Source: Escherichia phage Sa157lw. Taken from it: a DNA stretch of 64,000 bases. The DNA lies in sequence record OK322699.1. One strand, written 5' to 3'. The translations under genes and the position numbers were made by a program. Below, in pieces: positions 58,169 through 64,000 of the stretch (position 1 is its first letter; each line of letters begins with the position of its first letter). Under the pieces are notes generated by a model. That model saw nothing but the letters and a program-made list of their open reading frames with translations, was not told where the DNA came from and did not search any database.

Positions 58169-59890
58169 GTGACAGCATTTAATCAATACCGAAAGGCGAT
58201 TGACGCCATAGGCCGTAAGGTTCCTATAGAAGAAATACAAAGCCTTGCCAAAAACGAATTTCCATATGACAAGGCGAACCAAGGCCAGATGGAATGTATC
58301 GTCGAAGCCGTTGATGCCTTGGTCAACAAAAAGGTCAAACACGTGATCATTGAAGCCCCAACTGGCGTGGGGAAATCTTTGATTGGGACAACAATTCATA
58401 AAGTGATTCGCCATTTGGTTTTACAGGCCGATCCTTATGGGCAATTCCGCACGTCTATCAGTACGCCCACCAAAGGTCTACAAGATCAGTATGCTGCTGA
58501 AAAGGCGGTGGCGATAGACATCCTGAAAGGCAAGAAGAACTATCGTTGCCACGTACACCCAGATGTGTATTACAACGCCGTGCAATGCCGTATAGCATGC
58601 CGCGACGGGCATTGTAGCAAACGCCGTTGTCCTTATGTACAGGCGCGCAATTTATGGACTGATATTTCGTCATTGCGTTGCACTAATGCAGCTATGATGA
58701 TTGAGATGTGCACCACCATCTGTATGAAGCCTGAAAACCGTTCCGATATGCTGATCTTAGACGAGTGCCATAAGATGCCCTCTACGCTCCTAGAGCACAC
58801 GATAATGGAATACAATACAAAGGCTGTGGATGGGCTGCGAACTATCCCCGAAGGGAAGGAGATAGTCTCTATCATTGCCGATATCGTAGAACGCACCAAG
58901 GACTATGTCTTGGGCAAGTTGTATTCCTTGTCCGGTGAAATGCATTCGATGTTTGAAGACCTCCATCTTAAAGTGGAGTCTTTGTTGGAAGTTCTTGAAG
59001 AATTGGTTGAAGATGACCGCCTGAGTGAAAGCCAGGTGATGAAACTCGCCGACATTATCGATGTACTACACAATCTGAGTGATTATTGTGGTATTATGTC
59101 TCAGACAAAGGCCAGCACCTTTATCGTACAGGAAAAGGGAGATGACTTTATTCGGTTTAAACCCGTCATGCCTTCTGATGTAAGTGAATTTGGATTGTTC
59201 AGGAAAGCCGATTACCATGTTCATATGTCGGCAACAATCTGCGGAATCGATTCATATGCCCGTTCCTTGGGTATCCGCCAGGGGGATTATCATTCAATAC
59301 AGATTGGAAATCCAATCCCAATTGAAAATCGGAAAGTCAACTATATGCCCATCGTTAAGATGACCAACAACATGGGCGATTATGAAATGAAAAGGCTGAC
59401 GGAATACATTGATGAAATAATCGCATTCCATCCAGGGCAATCTGGCATCATACATACGGTGAGCTATGATCGCGCATTAGCAATACAAAAATTCAGCAAA
59501 TACCAGAACTTTATCCATGTGCCACGCACTCGAAAGGCGTTGATGGATATTATGGAAAATGCCTTCAGGACAAAAACACCTTGTGTTATTGCCAGTCCGG
59601 CCATGGAAGAAGGATATGACTTCAAAGGTGATTACAGCCGATTCCAAATACTGATCAAAGTTCCTTACGATTATTTGGGTGATCCATTGATCGCACATAT
59701 TAATTCAGTGGATCCGTCTGCGTACTTCCGCAACGCAGTATTGCGCATTGTTCAGATGTGCGGACGTTCGGTCAGGGGTGTGGATGACTGGGCTGCAACA
59801 TACATAATCGATTCTTCCTTTGAATCTCTTATGATGCGCAACCCAGAGTTCTTCCCAACCTGGTTCACCGATGCAGTATTTGAAGTTTAA
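58169..59890 (+). CDS. DinG/XPD-like Fe-S helicase
   Basis: GTG start after AAGGAGG SD; Walker A EAPTGVGKS; four-Cys cluster (CHVHP...CRIACRDGHCSKRRCPY); DECH box. Confidence 0.7.
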   Translation: MTAFNQYRKAIDAIGRKVPIEEIQSLAKNEFPYDKANQGQMECIVEAVDALVNKKVKHVIIEAPTGVGKSLIGTTIHKVIRHLVLQADPYGQFRTSISTPTKGLQDQYAAEKAVAIDILKGKKNYRCHVHPDVYYNAVQCRIACRDGHCSKRRCPYVQARNLWTDISSLRCTNAAMMIEMCTTICMKPENRSDMLILDECHKMPSTLLEHTIMEYNTKAVDGLRTIPEGKEIVSIIADIVERTKDYVLGKLYSLSGEMHSMFEDLHLKVESLLEVLEELVEDDRLSESQVMKLADIIDVLHNLSDYCGIMSQTKASTFIVQEKGDDFIRFKPVMPSDVSEFGLFRKADYHVHMSATICGIDSYARSLGIRQGDYHSIQIGNPIPIENRKVNYMPIVKMTNNMGDYEMKRLTEYIDEIIAFHPGQSGIIHTVSYDRALAIQKFSKYQNFIHVPRTRKALMDIMENAFRTKTPCVIASPAMEEGYDFKGDYSRFQILIKVPYDYLGDPLIAHINSVDPSAYFRNAVLRIVQMCGRSVRGVDDWAATYIIDSSFESLMMRNPEFFPTWFTDAVFEV

Positions 59891-60654
59891 TAACCTGCAA
59901 TAAACGATAAATGGCACTTGATATTTGGTTCAAGTGTCGTTATCGTGATGATCATATTATCCACATCTTGACTAAAAGATATATTTGCTATTGGTTTAGT
60001 CTGAACGTGGTTGTACAGGCTGTATATCAAATCTTCACCACGGTATCCGACTTTACCATCAGTATCCTGCCAATGGCCTAACGTGGATTCATGAGCATGT
60101 ACTCGGAATTCTATCATATGGAACAATGCTTTTGGGATTGTTTTCAGTATGCTGGTTCCGACAACAGGGATATCAATAGCAGAGTCGTTGGAATTGCCCT
60201 CATATACTGAAGCCCAACCAAATGTTGGATCTCCTCCCGCCACGGGAGTTCTCTTCCAGTATTGGAATTCTGGATTACCCGAAGCGTTCTTTTGCAGAAG
60301 GATTACTTCACCGCCTTCAAAATTAGAAGTGTCTATATCATCACGTGCTAATAAATCAGCTGGAGAACCAATAAATTTCCAGGTTTCGCGATCTAAAATA
60401 GACTTATAATAATCGGTGAATACGTTGCTGTCGTTAGCTGCATTGATTGCGTCTTTAAGACCTTCACCTGTGACCATCTCATTGAGTTTTAGCCACATGT
60501 TTTTGACAGCTGACGCAGCTGCGACTTGACCTTCAGTCCCACCCGCCGTGTAGTCATAAACGATGTCCAGCTTTTGTATGGAATCATTTATAGACAAGAG
60601 CAAACGCTCAATTTCTGGGGCGGTCAGACTGAAACGATATGCGCGTTCTGACAT
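59887..60654 (-). CDS. hypothetical protein (255 aa), opposite strand
   Basis: Minus-strand ORF with GAGGAA SD; no homology recognised. Confidence 0.45.
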   Translation of the reverse strand: MSERAYRFSLTAPEIERLLLSINDSIQKLDIVYDYTAGGTEGQVAAASAVKNMWLKLNEMVTGEGLKDAINAANDSNVFTDYYKSILDRETWKFIGSPADLLARDDIDTSNFEGGEVILLQKNASGNPEFQYWKRTPVAGGDPTFGWASVYEGNSNDSAIDIPVVGTSILKTIPKALFHMIEFRVHAHESTLGHWQDTDGKVGYRGEDLIYSLYNHVQTKPIANISFSQDVDNMIITITTLEPNIKCHLSFIAGY

Positions 60655-60696
60655 GATTCGTTCCTCATCGATAAAACCAGTTTGGGATACTTATAC

Positions 60697-61224
60697 ATGA
60701 TTGAAATATACACTGACGGGGCATCTTCCCCGCAGAAGACACAAGCCGCAGGTTGGGCATTTGCTATCGGTCCAATCACTGGAGAGCAATGGAAAGTGTT
60801 TTATGGGTATTTACCCCCACCGTCAACGAATAATATCGCTGAGTTGCTTGGGGTTATAAACGCCTTGAAGATTCTATGGAAATTCTCTAATTGTGGGGAA
60901 CGCTGTATTCCCTCAGCCAGTATTATATCCGACAGCCAATATGTTATCAATAGTGTTTTGGAGTGGCGTAGAAAATGGGAATATGAAGGAATGCCGCCTA
61001 AGAACACAGAACTTCTGCTCGAGTTGTTCGATTATTATGACAAAGTTTGTTCAATTTGTGAACTTGAATTAAAATGGGTGAAAGGTCATGCGGGGAATAT
61101 CGGCAACGAAATCGCAGATCAGTGGAGCGTCAGAGCCAAAGAAAATAGCTCGATGGTTCTTGAAAATAATCGTTTCCTGGTCAGAAAGGTTGTTGGTTCT
61201 TTCAATGAATTCATTGGTATTTGA
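60697..61224 (+). CDS. ribonuclease H (RnhA-type)
   Basis: IEIYTDGAS...NNIAELLGVINALK...IISDSQYVINSVLEWRRKWEY...WVKGHAGNIGNEIADQ matches bacterial RNase HI active-site segments. Confidence 0.8.
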   Translation: MIEIYTDGASSPQKTQAAGWAFAIGPITGEQWKVFYGYLPPPSTNNIAELLGVINALKILWKFSNCGERCIPSASIISDSQYVINSVLEWRRKWEYEGMPPKNTELLLELFDYYDKVCSICELELKWVKGHAGNIGNEIADQWSVRAKENSSMVLENNRFLVRKVVGSFNEFIGI

Positions 61225-61235
61225 GGATTATCACG

Positions 61236-62006
61236 ATGGGTATGAATTTTGTAGACAGGGGTGATAACGTCACCAAATATTTCACTGACGAAGATAACGA
61301 TCGAGTTGTGGGGATATTGCGTGATTGGATCCCTGCTCGTAAAAAGGCATTAGCCGAAGGAACACCCCTACCAAGAATCCCCAATTATGTGGCCATGAAT
61401 GTTCAGATGATAATCAAGAATATGAGTATGCGTTACAACTACCGTGATTATCCATATCGTGAAGACATGGTGAGTGAAGCGGTTGTGAACATCCTTCGTT
61501 ACCTTCACACCTTTGATGTTAGCCATATCGGCAAGAAAGGAAAGATCAACTTCTTCTCTTGGGTGACTATGTGTGCCGATCGCTCATTCGCCAAGAAACT
61601 CACGAGTGAAGAAGAACACAACTACATTAAATTGCGTTCCTTTGAAGAAGCAGGTGGGTTCGCAGCTTTATCGGATGACCCAGACTTCCAACAACAAACC
61701 TTCGTTGATAGCACTGGGATAACGATGGACTTTCGTGAACGCATCGGTAATTTCGAAAATAAGAAAGAAGCCCAGCGTGAAAAGGAACGCCAAAAGCAAA
61801 CGGCTATCAAAGAAGAGGAAAAGAATAAGAAAATCCCTCGCGGTATACTTCGATGTCTTACGAAGAGTGTAAATACCATTACCGCTGACGCCGAAGACAA
61901 TTCAGATAATGACTTCGGCTCTACTCAATTTAGTCTTGAAGATATAATGGACAGCCCCACATTGTTAGCCGAATCAGTTGGAGAAAAGAATAATGGCGAT
62001 TGCTAA
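61236..62006 (+). CDS. gp55: late sigma factor gp55-like
   Basis: ATG 61236 with GAGGA SD; central region EDMVSEAVVNILRYLHTFD...FFSWVTMCADRSFAKK parallels T4 gp55 QEMIADGIEASIKGLHNFD...YITQACFNAFVQRIKK. Confidence 0.6.
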   Translation: MGMNFVDRGDNVTKYFTDEDNDRVVGILRDWIPARKKALAEGTPLPRIPNYVAMNVQMIIKNMSMRYNYRDYPYREDMVSEAVVNILRYLHTFDVSHIGKKGKINFFSWVTMCADRSFAKKLTSEEEHNYIKLRSFEEAGGFAALSDDPDFQQQTFVDSTGITMDFRERIGNFENKKEAQREKERQKQTAIKEEEKNKKIPRGILRCLTKSVNTITADAEDNSDNDFGSTQFSLEDIMDSPTLLAESVGEKNNGDC

Positions 62007-63108
62007 AATTGGCGATTTACACATCGGGAGCCGCAATGGTTCCCGTTACGTTCGTGAATTCATAAAGAATTATCTCATCAACTATTTTATTCCCGAATTG
62101 GTAGATGCAGACATTAAAGAAGTTTGGCAATTCGGCGACACATTTGATGTTCGTAAATTTATGTACGGGCGCGACAAAGATTGGTTGAAAGATGAACTGA
62201 CTCCAGCCCTGAGAAAGGCGGGTATCAAATGGAATGGCATCGTTGGAAACCATGATATCACCTTAGAAGAATCTAACCGTATCAACTGGCCATCCTATCT
62301 GAATGAATTAGCGCCAGACGTCTATCATTATTACAGTGAACCCACTGAAGTTTCGATTGAAGGCGAAAAGGTATTGCTTCTCCCATGGATCAATAAAGAG
62401 AATTATGATGCATCTGTTAAAGCGATACAAGATACAGACGCCAAGTACTGTTTTGCGCATCTGGAGTTGGCAGGGTTCAAAATGTACCAGTCCTCTGTAT
62501 GTGATAAAGGTCAGATCGACGTGGCGCTCCTTTCCAAGTTCGAACGCGTGGATACCGGACATTTCCATACCCGTTCGATGGAAGGTAACATTCAGTATAT
62601 TGGGACTCCTTATCACCTTACCTGGGAAGACCATAAAGACGGAACGAACCGAGGATTCTATGTAGACGACATGAAAGGCGGGGAATTGTTTATTCCCAAC
62701 AACGAGCAACAAACGTTGTTCCGATTCATCGAATACGACTACACCCAAATGTCTTCCGACACCGAAGGAAACTGGATTGACCCAGATTGGCTAAACAATG
62801 GTTTGGGTATTGAAGGGCAAATCGTTAAAGTGATTGTACAGAACCGCGATAATGCCAAGCATTATGAAAAGTTCTGCGACGCGCTGAAGCGCTGTAAATG
62901 CATCGATTACAACTTTATAGATCGGACTATCACAGTCTCGTCTGAGAAGGTAGAAGTCACTGAAGAGATGGTGGCGACTGATGCTGTGGAAGTCCTAAAG
63001 AAAGATATCCGCGCCGCCAATAATATCCAGCGCCCTGAAAATGTTTGCAAATTAGCAGAACAATTCTATAATGCTGCCCAACAACGCCTGAACACATTGG
63101 ATGCATAA
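61993..63108 (+). CDS. gp47: recombination nuclease gp47 (Mre11/SbcD-like)
   Basis: N-terminus MAIAKIGDLHIG vs T4 MKILNLGDWHLG; GNHD metallophosphatase motif. Confidence 0.75.
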   Translation: MAIAKIGDLHIGSRNGSRYVREFIKNYLINYFIPELVDADIKEVWQFGDTFDVRKFMYGRDKDWLKDELTPALRKAGIKWNGIVGNHDITLEESNRINWPSYLNELAPDVYHYYSEPTEVSIEGEKVLLLPWINKENYDASVKAIQDTDAKYCFAHLELAGFKMYQSSVCDKGQIDVALLSKFERVDTGHFHTRSMEGNIQYIGTPYHLTWEDHKDGTNRGFYVDDMKGGELFIPNNEQQTLFRFIEYDYTQMSSDTEGNWIDPDWLNNGLGIEGQIVKVIVQNRDNAKHYEKFCDALKRCKCIDYNFIDRTITVSSEKVEVTEEMVATDAVEVLKKDIRAANNIQRPENVCKLAEQFYNAAQQRLNTLDA

Positions 63109-63110
63109 TA

Positions 63111-64000
63111 ATGAGCAACGTAGATCTATTATCAAAATTTGGTTCGCTGTTGAAAGAAGCGGACGCTCCTGTTATTGTTGAAGCACCATTTGAAATCCGT
63201 GGGGAAATTACTCACAAACTGACTTTCCATCGTGGTCGCGCTAAGAACTTTCGTTCTATCGGTAATGAATTCATGGAAATTGATTACCAACGCAATTCGG
63301 CAACCTTGGTTACATCCGATGACAATGGCGCTGGTAAATCCACCATGCTTGTCTGGCTGCTGTTCTTCGTTCTGTACAACGACACGTACAGCAAGAAAGA
63401 GAAGAAAGCCGGATTGGTTAACTCTCAAAACAAAAAGGAATGCGTGGGTGAAGTTGAGTTCTCAACTCGCGGTAGTGAATGGAAAGTCCGTCGGGGTATC
63501 AAACCAGATTTTGTAGAAGTTTATCAGATGGTGGAAGGAGAGTGGAAGCAAGTCGTGAACGATGCGGCCAAAGCTGATATGAACAAGTACATCGTGAATC
63601 TCATCGGCGTGGACCAGAAGATGTTCGAGAACTCTTTGGTTCTGGGCAAGGAGAAGTTTATTCCTTTCACAGAGATGTATACCGCTGACCGCCGCGCCAT
63701 GGTTGAAACAATTTGGGACTTGGGTTTCTTCAGCCTGATGAATGAGGATGTTAAAGCATCTATCAAGGCGGTAACGAACGAACTCACGACGGTCACCAAT
63801 GATTACGCCTTTCATGATGTGAATCTAAAAGGCCAGCAAGCGCAGTTGGAACAGATCAATAATTCCAATGCGATGGTTCAGCAACAATCTGCGGATATCC
63901 TTGTCCAAGAGAAGGAACGTCTGAATAGCCTGAATTCAGATATCGGCGCAGTGCAGGAACAACTGACCGAGTCCCGTGCTCAAGACTCTAAATTGGAATC
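63111..64000 (+). CDS. gp46: recombination ATPase gp46 (Rad50/SbcC-like), 5' portion; continues beyond window
   Basis: ATG 63111 right after gp47 stop; Walker A DDNGAGKST; coiled-coil beginning; no stop in window. Confidence 0.7.
   Translation, partial: MSNVDLLSKFGSLLKEADAPVIVEAPFEIRGEITHKLTFHRGRAKNFRSIGNEFMEIDYQRNSATLVTSDDNGAGKSTMLVWLLFFVLYNDTYSKKEKKAGLVNSQNKKECVGEVEFSTRGSEWKVRRGIKPDFVEVYQMVEGEWKQVVNDAAKADMNKYIVNLIGVDQKMFENSLVLGKEKFIPFTEMYTADRRAMVETIWDLGFFSLMNEDVKASIKAVTNELTTVTNDYAFHDVNLKGQQAQLEQINNSNAMVQQQSADILVQEKERLNSLNSDIGAVQEQLTESRAQDSKLE

Noticed and set aside
1-64000. CRISPR arrays, rRNA genes, integrase or attachment sites
   Set aside because: No regularly spaced direct repeats, no rRNA-like sequence and no recombinase motifs seen; the region is lytic-phage structural and replication genes. 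tRNA genes were not systematically scanned and cannot be excluded.

Overview
This 64 kb window reads as the virion-morphogenesis and replication core of a T4-superfamily myovirus, most consistent with an Ackermannviridae (ViI/CBA120-like) phage; that family call is inference from gene content, not a database hit. Nearly all genes are on the + strand. From 5' to 3': a fiber gene with tandem repeats, four consecutive large tailspike genes, a 1612-aa structural protein, then T4-like neck gp13, gp14, tail completion gp15, terminase small and large subunits, tail sheath gp18, a GIY-YIG endonuclease, tail tube gp19, portal gp20, prohead core gp67/gp68, protease gp21, scaffold gp22 and major capsid gp23. 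After a block of small genes come UvsY-like, a PD-(D/E)xK nuclease, UvsW, sliding clamp gp45, clamp loader gp44/gp62, RegA, two large unassigned proteins, a VWA protein, an ACP-like protein, a membrane/secreted module (LysM, SPFH lipoprotein), HU, a DinG/XPD-like Fe-S helicase, RNase H, late sigma gp55, and gp47/gp46. The most notable items are a 159-aa mini-intein splitting the terminase Walker A P-loop, a conserved late-promoter motif (CTAAATACCCC) built into perfect inverted repeats that also contain the downstream ribosome-binding site, and an acyl-carrier-protein homolog whose phosphopantetheine-attachment Ser is replaced by Asp. No rRNA or CRISPR array was seen; tRNAs were not scanned systematically. 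All protein assignments come from reading the translations against remembered T4 proteins and motifs; no searches were run. Several ORF-track starts are TTG/GTG artefacts and were moved to in-frame ATG with a Shine-Dalgarno.
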